Made by a program: the position numbers and the translations under genes. A DNA stretch of 64,000 nt. Source: Balanoglossus misakiensis (Eukaryota; Animalia; Hemichordata). The first letter of the stretch is position 1; every line of letters begins with the position of its first letter. The notes under the pieces were generated by a model, which saw only the letters and a list, made by a program, of their open reading frames with translations, did no database searches and was not told the origin of the DNA. The stretch covers positions 7,504,063 to 7,568,062 of the forward strand of contig CM082582.2 of NCBI GenBank assembly GCA_040954595.2. Direction: 5' to 3'. This document shows positions 15,134 through 28,834 of this stretch, one piece after another.

Positions 15134-18100
15134 ATGTCGATGCGGGAGATAAAACTTTGCCTACTCGGGGTAAGTATCATCTTTAAAGTTGACGACTCGA
15201 CTCACGGTACGACCTTCCGTGTTTGATCCCCATTCGCCTTGCTTTGAGTGTCATTGTGTGTTACAGCTGATGACGCGTACACCGGTTGTCATCACATGGG
15301 TTTCGATGTTGCCTGGTGACCCTTTGGAGAAGTTTTTCGTATAAAATTGACGAGGGGGGCATTGTGCGTGAGAGAAATCGGGGCCGGAGTTGGTCGTACA
15401 TTTCTGATACATGGCCGACCTGGTGAGATTGTACCACTGCACTACATAGCCGAACCCACGAAAACGCCAGTCCAGGGTAGATTTGGGACCCGTGCCCAGA
15501 AAGCTGAAATCACCAACTTCCTGCTATGACATTTTGCCATTTACAACACCCACGGTTTGGCAACAGAAACGAGACAGAAAGAATGTATCATAGACACCTT
15601 CATTTTGAGGTCACGATCGACCGTCTCGATATCATTTTCTGGATATCGATTTACCTAGTGCCAAGGTCAGGCAGTGTCTCTCGAGTTGCAGAGGTCCGAG
15701 AAAAATATCTTCATCAATCTTTGCCCCTCCGGGAAGCGTTTTTGCTGTGTGTAGAATTATCACAGGACGGAAAACGGACAAACCAACCTGTACCTGAGAG
15801 CTCCAGAAAACAATAACACCGTTGTTCGGCCTCAGAATCTGATACTGACATTCTCTGACGATGACGTCATATTAATAAGCGATCACCTGACTATGATTTT
15901 TGTCTTTGTCTATGAATGCAGTTCAAGTCCCATAATTAACAATATCAGTGAGATGGGTAGGATTATTGTAAATGCCCATTTGCAAATGTAACTCAAATTT
16001 GTATTGCGTTCAATATTTTTGGATTATCCAGGAATTGAAAGCTGATATGTTGTACAATAAATTATCATACATCATCACATGTAGTATTTTTTGTACCCTA
16101 AACTCATCAATGAGGGGAGTTCAAACTAAAAAAAATGGGTGATCTTTTAACCCTCTGACCTTGTTTCCTTCTGTAGAGGTTGAATTTCACCACAGAAAAC
16201 AATGGATTAAGGTTGAACTTTACCATAGAAAACAGCGGATTTCATTTGGATCAAACCATTGTGATGAAAGGGTTAAACAAAAATTTTTTTTTTATTTTTC
16301 TTTCATTTAGGATTCTGGAGTTGGCAAGTCAAGTCTGGTTCAAAGATTTGTGTCAGACACATTCAATACACATTCACAACCAACTATTGGGTAAGACCTG
16401 TAAATTAAGTTGCTTTTCTTTCCATTATGTGGTCATGACTGTGAAGTCAATTTCCCCCCCGGGCACAAATCAGTATCAATGAAATTTCTTCCTGTGACAG
16501 TGCATGGTGCAAAATTCTGGTCATACTTTGTGGACACATCACAGTTGATGAAATTTCCTCTTCTCTTTCAGTGCATCTTTTATGTCGAAAACACTGGTAG
16601 TCGATGACCAGTCATACAAGTTTCAAATATGGGACACGGCTGGTCAAGAAAAGGTAAGAGGAAAAAACAAGAATTAGCAAAAATATGAAACTCATTTAAA
16701 TTTATGGGAAGGGGTCATAATCATGTGGAGTTCACTACATTCAAATTATTTGTATGTACTTCAGCAGATTTTATTAGGTTTCACAAAGTATTCCCTGCCA
16801 ACAAATTTTACTATAACTCGTAAGTCATTTTATGATCGTCCATTTTTATATACTTTTAACATCTTTAATGTGAAATACTTCCTGAAAAAATATTTTGTCT
16901 CTTAGATATATTAGAATGAGGATGTGAAAATTACCACACACAAAAATGCTCAGTTCAACCTTAGTGTAAATATGATTTACATTTGGTGTGTTAATCATCC
17001 ATTCCTGGTAAATCCAGAGATCAGACTCCTTCCTTCTTTTTCTAATGTTACATTGTTTCTATTTCACTCTGTCTCATTTGGTTTAATGTGGTGACGATAG
17101 TTGCAATAGCATTGTTCACATACCCACAGTTTATGGCTGGCCCTGGCCGTGGCTAATAATCCAATTGAAGGGGTCAGATCTGTGTCTGCACTTACACATT
17201 TCGAAATGAGTTGATGGCTTAGTTTCTCCTCTGTCTTTTTCAATTTCTTCAGTACAGGGGATTAGCTCCTATGTATTACAGAGGTGCTGCTGCTGCAGTT
17301 ATTGTCTATGACATCACCAGAGAGGTAAGTTCAATTATCTGCCAGATTTGGGGGTTGCTGTAATACTGGGGACTACACAGATGGCACCATGGCGAAGTGC
17401 CTGTCAAAAATAAAAATCGATTTAGAGGCAAGTGATGGGAGCAGTGTATTAGCCATTAAACAGGACAGTAAATATTGCCTTATATTTGCATACGAGTTTG
17501 AATGAAAACGGGAATGACAGTGTTACAAATGGGGTCTGATCAAGACCAGGTTAGCCACTTCTATGTTTGGCAATTTGAAAGTTAAGAAATTGGAAATTAT
17601 AACATGGTTCTCTTGGCTTTCTCTCTCCTTTTTTCCAGAGTTCATTTTCAGCGGTCAAGATGTGGGTGAGGGAGCTAGAGCAGTACGGACCTCACGACGT
17701 CGTCCTAGCGATAGCGGGAAACAAGAACGATCTGGTCGACCAGAGAGAAGTCAATGGCGAGGAGGCGGAGAAATACGCTGATCAGATCGGCGCCACGTTC
17801 GTGGAAACCAGCGCCAAGACCGCAGCGAACGTTACACAGATATTTACAGCAATCAGTAAGTCATCGATCCTTATCACACACACACACACACACCCATGCA
17901 CCCTCCCCCTCCCTGCATTGTCCCTCTTGTTTCCCCTCCCCATTTGTATGTACGTGTTTCATTACGTTGTTGGAAGGGCGAAAGTGCAGACTGTGAGATT
18001 GACGGTGCCCTTCACTATTCCCCCGTGTGCAGCATGGAAAGCACCCCCAAGTGGCAGAACATTCAGCCCTGTTGTAATATAATGCTGCTAATCTGAGAAA

Positions 18101-19013
18101 ACATTTCACTCAGCTGATGAATGGAATATGGCGAGAACACATTCAACTTCCATACATAGTGATCTGGGTGAAATATATTTTTTGTTTGTTTCAGTATCAG
18201 CATTCAGCATAATGAGATACTTTGCTAGAAGCATGTTATCAGAGACAAATTTAACATCACAGTGTCTCCTTATCTAAATATCCGGGATGAAACTGACTTA
18301 CTTAGGGCGGTCAGTCAGGCCTTGTCAGACCATTATTTGTCCATAGCACTGCACATCACCAATTGCCACCCCCACCCCCACCCCCACCCTCTCCTACAAT
18401 GCACTCCATGCATGCATATTGACACCGTCACCTCATGTGAACTTCTGGTTTCTCTTCCCACAGCGAGGAAACTTCCAGCCGAGGTCATAGTTCACAGTAA
18501 TACGGTCAGGCCTCAACCGCCGCCCTCCCGTACGAGCAAGAAGTCGTGCTGTTCTAGAGCATAAGACAAAACAAAACAAACAAAAGATACGCATAGTAGA
18601 GGCACCACAGTGAACGCACAGACCGAAAAGCCGTCAGCACGATTAGGACATCGCATGACCGGACCACTTCATCACTAATTTTTTTTTACTCGACCTTCAT
18701 TCCTTTGCTCACCCACTTTCTCATTCACTCATGCAGTACATCCTTCCTGTCTGTGTCCTCGACCCCTTCTTCCTTCCCACCCACCCACCCGCCCCTCCTC
18801 CCTCACCGAGGATCCAACTCAAAAAGACGTTCTGGTTCCCTCTTTGCAGCAAGAAAACTTCCAGCCGAAGCCTCGGTTTCCGCGAGACAAGTGAGGGGAA
18901 ACTACCACCAGCAGCAGCAGCAGTCTCACCAACAAGTGCAGCACGGAATGCAGCTGCAAGCGCAGGAACGACAGGAAGGAAGTAGTTCTTGCTGTTTTGG
19001 GAGAACCAAGTAG
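15134..19013 (+). CDS. RAB22A/RAB31: Rab22/Rab31 subfamily small GTPase; exons 15134-15169, 16311-16390, 16572-16653, 17253-17324, 17639-17855, then 18464-18564 or 18850-19013
   Basis: [56 protein letters not shown], ETSAK. Both terminal exons carry a CC motif. Confidence 0.92.
16147..16276. mobile_element. piggyBac-like MITE (TTAA-CCCT...AGGG-TTAA) in Rab intron 1
   Basis: TTAA on both sides, CCCT/AGGG ends, internal ~33-bp direct repeat. TIR is imperfect beyond 4-6 bp. Confidence 0.45.
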
Positions 19014-22000
19014 AACCTTCTTTTTTTTCCCTTCTTCTTCTCTCCAGCTCTCTTTCATGCTTGCCCACAATGCATTGCAACATGTGGTGATCAACAGGAA
19101 CGCCTTAATTCAATTTAGAATGAGAAATGTAGGTTTTACACAACTGTAATACTCGTAATCTGGCCTAGTCTTTCTCCTTTTCTCGTGTTTCTCATGTTTT
19201 TCCCTAGAATATTCAAATTACAATATCCTGAAATTAGCCTCCAGATCTCTCAAAGGAAATCTTTTAGTTTTAATAAAAGGGACAAAATAAAAATAATTCT
19301 TGTCAAAAAAATTTACTGAAATATGCACATCATGCTGAGAAACTTCCAGCTGTCACTGACACAGAATCAAGATATTTAGGGATGTGATCATGTTTTTTTC
19401 CAATTCAGTTTCAAAAAGATATTGGATGTTAGATTTTTCCTTTTGGACTGGCTCTACTTTACTTTAAGTTTGGTTTTGTTCGCTTATGCATTGTAGACAG
19501 ATGTAGGTTGTAATATTTGTTGTGTTTTCTCCTGCCACAACTACAATTCCATATCTCTGTCAGTCACTCTATATAATAAACTAGAATTGTATTTTGAAAT
19601 AGAATCTCTGTCATATTGTGTATTGCACAATGCATTTCTGTGCCTAAACTCAATGTCATCGCCTATTTACCATATTTTCAATATTTTTTGTCGGTTTTTC
19701 TGTTATGAGGAGAACGTATACAATATTTTGAATTTACATGAATGCCTTTCTACTGGAATCATTGTTTGCCAGTGCTTGAAATAGTTTTCGATAGATTATT
19801 TTTTTTTACCAGTCGCTTTCATGGGAGACCTGCAACATCCTAGCACTAAATTTGCAAGCAACCAAAAAGGGTACGAGAAACTCAGCCCTGTGGGGAGCTA
19901 TTTACACACCTCTGTTACATAGCAGTGCACCCCCCTGACGCTGTACAGAGGCAGAAAGCAGAGAACCAGCACAGCAGTGCTTGCTTCTGCAACTGCCGCA
20001 GTGCTGCTGCAGGGTGTTATACATATCAGGGTGCTGCAGAGCTGCTTCTCACACCCCAAGTCCCTGCAGCAACTCAATTTTTTCCTCAACTGCGTAAAAG
20101 GACTGCTGGCAATTATAGTGGTACATGTACATGTGTAACAGCTGTTTTTTGACATGAGAGTAACAGGGAAATGTTTCAAGACTTGCCTGGGGTTTTGCAT
20201 CTGTGTACGAGTGGTTCATCTGTGTAATCGTCTCTGAAACAGCCTTTGGCTGTTACCAGCTCCCTTCTGTTGAACTTGCTTTCTCCTGAACATTTTTTTG
20301 TCGGTGAAATCCCTTTTCCGATCAGACACTGTCTTGATGGAAAAGGCGTGTACCATGCTGATCCAGTAGCAGTCTATTTATATCTCTTGTCAGGGTTATT
20401 GTTATTTAAATTATGGCTTTTGTAATGTAAATACAGGTGGGCCAACTTCATGAAGAGCTGTGGGAAGCATCCCTGTGTCTGTAATAGTGTAGTCACTGTC
20501 CCTATAGAGGGACTATGGTTTAGTTCAGGGGTGTGTAGTTGGCTAGGCTGTATTAGAAACTACAAGTGATTTGATTTCATGTACTGATATCAGTGGGGAT
20601 TTTTACAGTAATTTTTTATACAATGAAAAGTTGTCAAAGTTGGACCTGAGTGGTCTACTAAGTGCTTCTGCCAATCACAAACGCTGTAACAAACGGCACA
20701 TTCTATAAACCAAACAGTGCCGCCAGTGTTCAGATTAAGGTTTCTTTTGTTCCAGATGCATCTTTAAAAAAATCTTTAGCAAATAGGTATTAAACGTAAA
20801 TACGCTGAACTTAAAACGATGTGACTTTATTACAGACGTGAGTAATATATTGATATTGACATGTCATGATTTTTTAAGGAACGCTTTTTTCAACTTGAAG
20901 GAATTCGACTATTCCAAAGCTTAGTGACCTGTGGATTCTTTGCTTTAATAAGTAATTTAAGATTGTAGTGTACTAGTGAAAGACTCGTTCAAGCTATGGT
21001 ACAAATAAACTGATTTTAGATATCACCTGTGATTTGCTGTAACATTGTGTTAAATCGTCATAAGTTTCATGGGCTGAGCTTTCTGATGGTATTAATCAGT
21101 TTTGCCAAATCTTGCAACCGCAGGACACTTTGTGATGTTCAAACACCCGGAGGACAGAACCAGAGTTTATTGTCCCCTCGAAACATTAACACACAATAGT
21201 CGTTGTGCTTGTCATAATGATAAATAACTTTTACTGTTTCTTTGAGGTTTGAGGATACAAAGGCGACACATTGCTCAAAGACAACGCATTTGGGATACGT
21301 GTGTACGCCCGGTGTACGCAAGACCATTGACCCACGACTGGGGCGCACGGAGGGTGAATATTAATGTAGACATAAGCATGCTTATTTTCCGAAAAATCGT
21401 GTCTCCGAAGCCTGCGTCTCAAGATCTGGATGCATTTCGAGAACAATAGTCTACGCGGTTTATAAACCTTAATTATAAGTGATTAAAATGCATTGTCCTA
21501 GGCTTATTTGTTGCCGGGTTTTTTTAGTATTTGGATTATAATTCCGTATAATATCGGTTTTATAGTACACTTTTTATGCTTTTCAAATACGACTCGGGTA
21601 TCGGCAAATGCTGTGTCCGCGTCTTGCCTTCAGTGTTTTATCAAGCCGCTGGAACTGTAAGCCAGGCTTTATATTTCACAAGTCGGATTTTAAGTTTAGT
21701 ACTGTAAGATTTAAAACATGTTATGTAAAGATTTATAAAGAGAAAATGTTTATCGGAAACAAATCCACATATCTCAGTCTAACGGGTTTCTTTTGTTTGC
21801 AAGGAAACATTCATTGTTTCAAACGAGTGGGGAATGTCGGACTTTGCATGTCCGGAGTCGGAAAACCACCGCGGACAACCCGAAAGTTCCGGATGGAACA
21901 ATATAAAAGCGCCCTCACGCGTGCATTCTATTCATTCCGTGTTGATGTCATAATGGAACGTTGGTTCGTAGACGAAGTTGTTTACGGGTGTCATTGAAAA

Positions 22001-22143
22001 AACTGTCATCGGAAGAAAATATTAGAAAGATGACAACTCCGATCACATCCCTTGAGCAGTGAGGCTGTGTGAGAAACCACTTCCACTGCTGAGGAATCTT
22101 GTGTTTCCGACCAGAGACGCGAAAAAAGTGTATATAAACAGTT

Positions 22144-25055
22144 ATGGAAGATGCATCGTCCCTCACAATGCGTTCGGCGCAGTGCGTCAACGTCAATAAC
22201 AAGAAGGAAAGACTCCATCTGAAAGGTCTGGAAAGGTATGTGTTGATTTCTATTCTTCTTCGTCTTCATCTCCTTCTTCATCGTCACCGTCGTCGTCATC
22301 ATCACCACCACATATCATCATCATCATCATGACCGTCATCATCGACACCACTTTTTTTTCTTGTCGAACAAAACAACTTGAAATAATACAACATTCTTCC
22401 GCACCAACAGATCCCTCGAAAACGCCTTCGACGTCAAGAAACACATATACAGACAAGAAGAGCGAGACATGATGCGCCATTTGCAGAAATTACAGCGAGA
22501 AAAAGAGATCAGGCATTCCTCGTACTCCATTCAGTTGGAAAATGTCGAAGATATGAAACCAGCAAACAACCACGAATACAAGGTAATACTCGGCAAGACG
22601 CTACATAGTCGTGTATACGATTACATCCGTGCAATATTGAAAGATCCAAATTTAAAACACATTTGTCATCATATATTAATCTGTCTCCGTCTATCTATCT
22701 ATCTGTCTGTCTGTCTGTCTGTCTGACTCTCTCTCTCTCTCTTAATTGTACTCAGGAATCATGGGATCAAAATCAAAGGTAAGGCTGAATTGGATTAAAC
22801 TATTGGCTGTACGACATCTTTTGCCTCTATAACAACACAGTAAATGAAATTGGTTCTTGTTATTCACGGAAATTTCTTTTTTTTTCTCCCTGTAGTTCAC
22901 ATCAACACATCCACGACTGCCGCTATAACACTTCCTGTCATGCCCACCACATGCTCCCTCCTGTTGACGGCAGCCGGGATTTCCATGTCAGACCTCATCA
23001 CGGTCACGGGCATGGTCACCATCACGGGCATGGCCATGGTCATCATCACCATGGCCACCACAACCACCATAATCACCATGGCCACGGTCACCACCACGCC
23101 AAAGATCACCATCTCCACCCGGAACAGCATCTTCATCCCGGCGCGCACCCGGTCCAGCATCACAGCATTCACCGCTTGCAGCATTCCCAGAGACATCTGG
23201 CGTCAGACGTTGCCAGGGACGACCACAGGGGCCACGCTACTCCACGGCACGACCACGGCAGGAAAGACTCGCACCTCCCCGACGTGCATCACGCCGACCA
23301 TCGCCACGGAAAGGACCACCACTCTCCGCCGAATGCATACCACGGCCACCGGCGTCACACTATCGCCGGGTCGGACGAGCGCCACTCACGGCCCGCCAAC
23401 CACCACCTGCTGGATGGCCGCTTTCATCAGTACGCGTGGCATGATGACAGTCATGTTGGCCAGCCAGCGATGAAACCCCGCCCGCCATCATCGGCAAAAC
23501 CGGAAGGACAACCGAAAAAGACTAGTCCCAGCAGGCACGTCCGAAAAGACGACATTGCTTCGAAAGATTCAGAAGGGCACATTAAACAGAACGACAACCG
23601 CCAGGATAAATCTGCCGGCGCCAAGAGACGAATAACTGTCGACCAAACCGACGAGCAGATTCTGTCTCGCTCGCCCGAAACCAAGCCAGCAAAACCGGCG
23701 CAACACGGAGTCAGCGATCGCCGCAAAGAGCAAGATGTCGTCCAGTCACAAAACGAGACGAAAGAAGGGGACAGTAAGCCCGGCAACCACAGGATTAAAC
23801 GACTTAAACACGAGGACCGAGCCATGAAGGATGTGCGCGGCCGCAGCCACCATACAGTGACAACATCCAAGGAAAAACAACGCAGGGAAAGAACACCTGT
23901 TTCACCAAAAACAGGTACACATGCTTTAGTTACAACATAACACACCTCTTCCGTATTCTGTGTTGTGATTCGCCAATGTGCCGTCACGTGGGGTGCGTCA
24001 GTTTGGCGTTGCTGACTGACATGGCAGAGAAAAAGGGAAAGCAAATGATAAGTTACAGCAATTGGGCCTTTATAAGAGCTTTCCGTTTGCAGTTTACGTC
24101 ACTGCATCGCTTGTTATGAACTTTTTAGTAGATTTTTGTGCAATTAAAGAGGTTTTGTTCAATCGAATTTTCTCTAACTCAGATGGTCAGCAAGGCAGTA
24201 GAAGTGAAAAGTCGAAGCAGGCGAAAGACGAGGATCCGAAGAGCAAAAGTTACCATGCAGCCAGTCCCACGGTGCACGCGGCTGACGTCACGCGAGGCAG
24301 CCAATCGCCCCACGCTCGCAGAGAAACTCCTGACAGCCACCTCCTCCATCACCACGGAGACCGACATGTCCGGAAGGGCTCCCATGTTCACATTGATCAC
24401 ATGGAGCCTCACAGCCAACACGGGAGCAGCGAAGGGGGTAGGTCGTCCGTTGATGTTCAATAATAGCAATGATGTATCAACGAAAACAAAATAAATAGCG
24501 AGGTGTGTAAAATTAATAATATATCGCGGATTTGTCTTACTTTTTTTTACAGACACTACAAACCCGGTGTTGACTGCACTGAAGTCGATAAACCCGTCGT
24601 TCTATCGATACCTAGCCGAGAAACACAACATCAGTCTGAACCCTGAACTGTTGGCCCAGCTGCACACGCTGATGAAATCCAGCACCGATGTCCTGCACGG
24701 CAGCCACCCGGAGCGCATCCTGCCGCAGGTGTTCGGCCCGCACTGCACCACCGGCCGCGCGCACCGCAAGAAGATGCTGGCGCTGGAGTTCCTCACCAAG
24801 ATGCTGCCGGAGATCGTCAGGCACGCCGAGAACCCGGACTTCAACCCGCAGGAGACGCTGCAGTGCCGCTACCTCCGGCTCTCCGGCTCCAACGTGGAGG
24901 CGCTGGAGGGCATGTGCCGACAGGACGGCGCCGACGTGGAGATCCACCCGCACAGTCACATCGACGACCTGGCCAGGTTCGTCTTCGCCAAAACTGATGA
25001 GCGGGACGCGGAAAGCCGCGAAGGTCACAGCCAAGTCAGCATACGGCAACAGTGA
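22144..25055 (+). CDS. Uncharacterised His-rich protein with N-terminal coiled coil and C-terminal CRYLRL motif (possibly CCDC190-like); exons 22144-22235, 22411-22582, 22756-22778, 22896-23914, 24183-24437, 24553-25055
   Basis: All splice phases join in frame. Strong GC3 bias in the last exon. His/Gly-rich tract at about 22990-23180. The CCDC190 similarity is recalled, not searched. Confidence 0.75.
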
Positions 25056-25624
25056 CTGACGGCTTCCGCTATTCGTAGGAGTGTCGGCGTTGACATTAGA
25101 TGCGCAGGATAAATTCTGGGCTTGTGCTGAACCATCGACACGCAGAGGTAGATTGTCTTGCCAAAGCCATATTTACAATCAGTCTGAGTGTGCTCACGAA
25201 GAAATAAAAACGAGAATGCAAACAAACATCTTATTCGTTGTGTTATGTCAAACACAAAATTCACAACTTTAATGCCTCCATAGAGTTAATACAACGATTG
25301 GTGGCCATGTGGAATTTCTAATTTAAGAAATGTTACGCTGTGACCCCTTAGTTTTATTCGCAACTAAAAAACAATCGCACACTTCAAGAAGCAGACATAG
25401 AGAGAAAACAGGGCGCTCCTGTGATACTTTTTTCAGTTAGGGGGTCTTAAATAGTGTGTAAAATGCTGAGTCTTGAACCATACCCTCTGTTTCCAGATTT
25501 TGCATTTAAATGGGAGTACGCTAAATACGCCAATTGTCACCTGAAAGGTTTTATGTCCGTGACAAGAACCCCCGCTTGCTACTAAAGTATTTATTATAAC
25601 CTCCAAACAGTTGAAGGCTACTCT

Positions 25625-26158
25625 TAGACTAGCCCACTAGTCGCTTGGTGATTTTTGAATCTCAATACTTTTGTGTGTTTGCGGTGGGTTTTTTTTTGGC
25701 TTTATAAATAATTTCAAAACTTTTTGCGTGCATGCTTGCTTTGAGCATGTTTCTGCTAGTGAGATTAGTTTGAAATTCGAATTTTGGACGGAGCTAACGG
25801 TTTCGGTTAGCGTCTACGCGCTCACACTCGGTGACTTTTACTCCACACAAGGTACATACTAGACTAGCCCACTAGTCGCTTGGTGATTTTTAAATCTCAA
25901 TACTTTTTGTGTTTTCGGTGGTTTTTTGTCGTAATAAATAATCTCAATACTTTTTGCATGCATGCTTGCCTTAAGCGTGTTTTTGGTAGTGAGGCGAGTT
26001 TCGAATTTGCGACTGAGCTTGTGGTTACGGGTAGCGTCGACACGTTCCCTACACAGCCCATAGACTTGGAGCAAGTCTAGGTACATACATATTTCGGAAC
26101 AAGTTTTTAAATGTATTTATTATGAAATAATGAAGCCAATAGACTTGGAGCAAGTCAA
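25625..26158. mobile_element. Nested pair of same-family TAG...CTA non-autonomous DNA transposons (outer 25625-26158, inner 25860-26079), each with a 9-bp TSD
   Basis: Outer TSD GGCTACTCT, inner TSD GGTACATAC. Both start TAGACTAGCCCACTAGTCG and end TAGACTTGGAGCAAGTC(T/A)A. The empty site is seen upstream of ATP-grasp copies 2 and 3. Confidence 0.9.
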
Positions 26159-26328
26159 GGCTACTCTCTATCATTGCCCTTTATTTAATGACTTCGGTTC
26201 AATGTCCGTGAGCGCATGATATGCTAGTGCGTCTAACGCATGCGTAATAGCTCCTTTCAATGAGCTCCTGGCCTATCGGAGATAGAGAGTGTCTATTCGA
26301 CGTTCATCCATAAACATATAACAGGACC

Positions 26329-27878
26329 ATGGACAAGAAACCTGCCGTTCTGCTTCTGTATCCGACCAAACGAGACGAGTTTTACTCACTGTTCGTGGCT
26401 ACACTTCCAGATAATGTGAGACAGGCATTCGACTTTCACGTTCTGAAGTCAGGAACGACGGGGAACGCTTCAAATCTGTTGGAATACACAGAGAGGTGCG
26501 CGGCTGTTGTCGAGGATGAGGCCATACAGCTGGCAGTTTGCTTCACCGATCTCGGTGCTTTGGTGCTTGCTGCCCTTGTGCAAAGATTTCCGCATCTAAA
26601 GGGCCCGTCAATCGAATCCGTGGGCATCGCCTTTCACAAGTATTACACTCGTCAGATGTTAGACACTGAAGAAACTACATTGAAACACACGATCATCGAT
26701 GTCAGCAACTACGAGGAAAGCGCAACCGATCTCTCTGACGCACTGAATTCCGTGGGTGTGCCCGCATTTCTGAAACCTTGTACTGGCACTAATTCCTTGG
26801 GGGTCTGCGAAGTATCTTCGAAAGAGCAGCTTCGCCAACAGTTAGAAAAACTCAGGGATTTGGGCAAGACAACTCAGGATTATGGCAAGTTCTTTTTCGA
26901 CCAAAGGAAGTACCCGTATTTTGCCAAAAACTATGCCATTTTAGAGGAATGTGTCGATGGTGCTAAGATACTGACCGTGGACGGTTTTGTGTTCAACGGC
27001 AAAATATTTCACTGGGCAATATCTGAAAACGTCTACTGGAGGAGTCACAAGAACGCCTTCATGGCCGTCATGTATCCCCCTCTTTTCGACAAAAAGTCTG
27101 CCAATAATCAGAAAGAGGTCGAGAGACGCTTGTGGGAGACGTTCGACAGTGTTATAGGAAAAGCTGTCGAAAGGGGCTTCGACAACCAATTCGTGGATGT
27201 CGAAGTATTTCTCAAACCTGATGGGGACATTAAGATAATGGAGGTAAATCCGAGAATGTTCTCCCAGGCAATTCAGATGTATCGTCTGTGCATGGATCAC
27301 GGCGATCCACTGGTGGCCACCCTTGATATCAACTCGGGAAAACAGCCCGCTTCTTGCTCTTGGAATGGTTACCATGGCATCAATGGTTACGTCACGACGT
27401 TCGCCTCCGGCAAAGCGGAAGATCTGTTCGATTTTGATGAAGCGAAGAAGTTCCAAGACGATATCTGTGCAAGGTGTTGTCCTGGTGATGTCATTCCGCC
27501 CACGGGAGCGGAAGGATTCAATCTTGCTTTTATAAACATCAGAGCAGAAACCCGAAAAGGTGCGAATATATGTTTACTTTAAAAACACTGTGAAGATTTG
27601 CAACTGTAAGAACGTGTACAGCGCAGCGAGTCACAGCGAATGTCTGTATACATTGTAACTGAGTTCAGACCATCGTGCGTTTGACACAACGTTAAACTAA
27701 ATATGAAAACCGAAGGAAAGCTTTTCTGAAGCAAGCACCCGTGTAAAATCTCTCTCTTTTATTCTGTTCTGTTTCAGGTGTACTGCAACGTTACATCAAC
27801 ATATGCAAGAAGTTGTTGAAGAAAATCGAACACAGTCCCGATTTGGATATCGATTATATGATCAACGACTCTCAATAA
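26329..27878 (+). CDS. ATP-grasp amide ligase, copy 1; exons 26329-27559 and 27778-27878
   Basis: HKYYTR, FLKPCTGTNSLGV, LEECVDG, DVEVF...IMEVNPRM. A phase-1 intron (AAAG|GTGCGA...TTTCAG|GT) adds GVLQRYINICKKLLKKIEHSPDLDIDYMINDSQ*. Confidence 0.88.
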
Positions 27879-28834
27879 TTAAGCATTCAATATTTTATGA
27901 TGTTTAATTCCCTGAAATCGACTTATTTTTTACGCTCACCGTTATTTTAATCGTGGCAAAATGAAGACGCCAAGTCCCTGAGCGGTCATGAGGAATTCCA
28001 ATATGATTAAAGACAGCTGTAGAGAAAGGTGGTGTATTGACCTCTAATTGGTCTCTGCAGCAGAATGGTTACATTGCATAACGGCATAATCAGATCGCCG
28101 AGACCTTCCAACCATATCGGGGAATTTCTAGTCATGAATCTTACCCCCCGTGTCCACATTTCGCATTTAAATTCATTTTTTGATCAGTCGGCTACTTTCA
28201 AATTTAAGTGCTGAATAAGAAATCCTATATGCTTAGTTCTCCAGACAACATGTCAGGCTAATTTCGACTTTTCCTGATATTGGTCATGGGGACACTTTGA
28301 ACATCGCAGGAAGTTGCTTTATGTCAAAGCGAAACCCCAGATATGTGCACAAATTCAAGATTGACTTCAATTTCTCCGTGTTTTAAACAAATTAATAAAG
28401 TAAACTTCAATTTTAATGAGTTAATTAAAGACATGCTATCGTCATCGTATAAAGACATTCAATTTCATGGTAGATTTTGCGATAAATCATCGCATGAACA
28501 TAAATGAACCACAACACTTGCAAGATACGCTAATTGTCATCTGAAAGGTTTTATGTTCGTAACCAAGCACCCCCGCTTGCTGGTTATTACTAGTATGACC
28601 TTCAAACATTTGAAGGCTACTCTCTATGAATGTCCTATATCTAGTACCACAGACAAAGAGAAAGGGCAGACTGTCCTATTTGTCTGTGATAGTAGCTTCA
28701 GTTCAAGATGACATAAATATGCCTGTGCATCTAACGCATGCGTAATACTCCTCCTTTCAACATGTTCAATGAACTTTTGGCGTTTTCGGAGAGGAGGATA
28801 TAACTGCTATGAACGTTCATCCATAAACAGGACC

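Noticed and set aside
17896-18096. ORF ending QPCCNIMLLI as another Rab tail
   Set aside because: The plausible acceptors with phase-1 splicing do not enter this frame.
19335-19387. EKLPAV segment resembling the Rab terminal-exon start
   Set aside because: No good acceptor and no cysteines, so chance or a decayed remnant.
22250-22350. Poly-His/poly-Asp ORFs
   Set aside because: Degenerate triplet repeat inside intron 1 of the His-rich gene.
26941-27456. Antisense 168-171 aa ORFs repeated in each ATP-grasp copy
   Set aside because: Shadow ORFs, conserved only because the duplication is recent.
27560-27582. ATP-grasp genes as fully single-exon ORFs ending GANI(C/F)xL
   Set aside because: A conserved donor and a downstream exon identical in all three copies give a better C-terminus.
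28769-28834. 22-aa N-terminal extension of ATP-grasp copy 2
   Set aside because: Copy 3 has an in-frame TAA at the equivalent place and copy 1 lacks it. The ACCATGG start is shared by all three.
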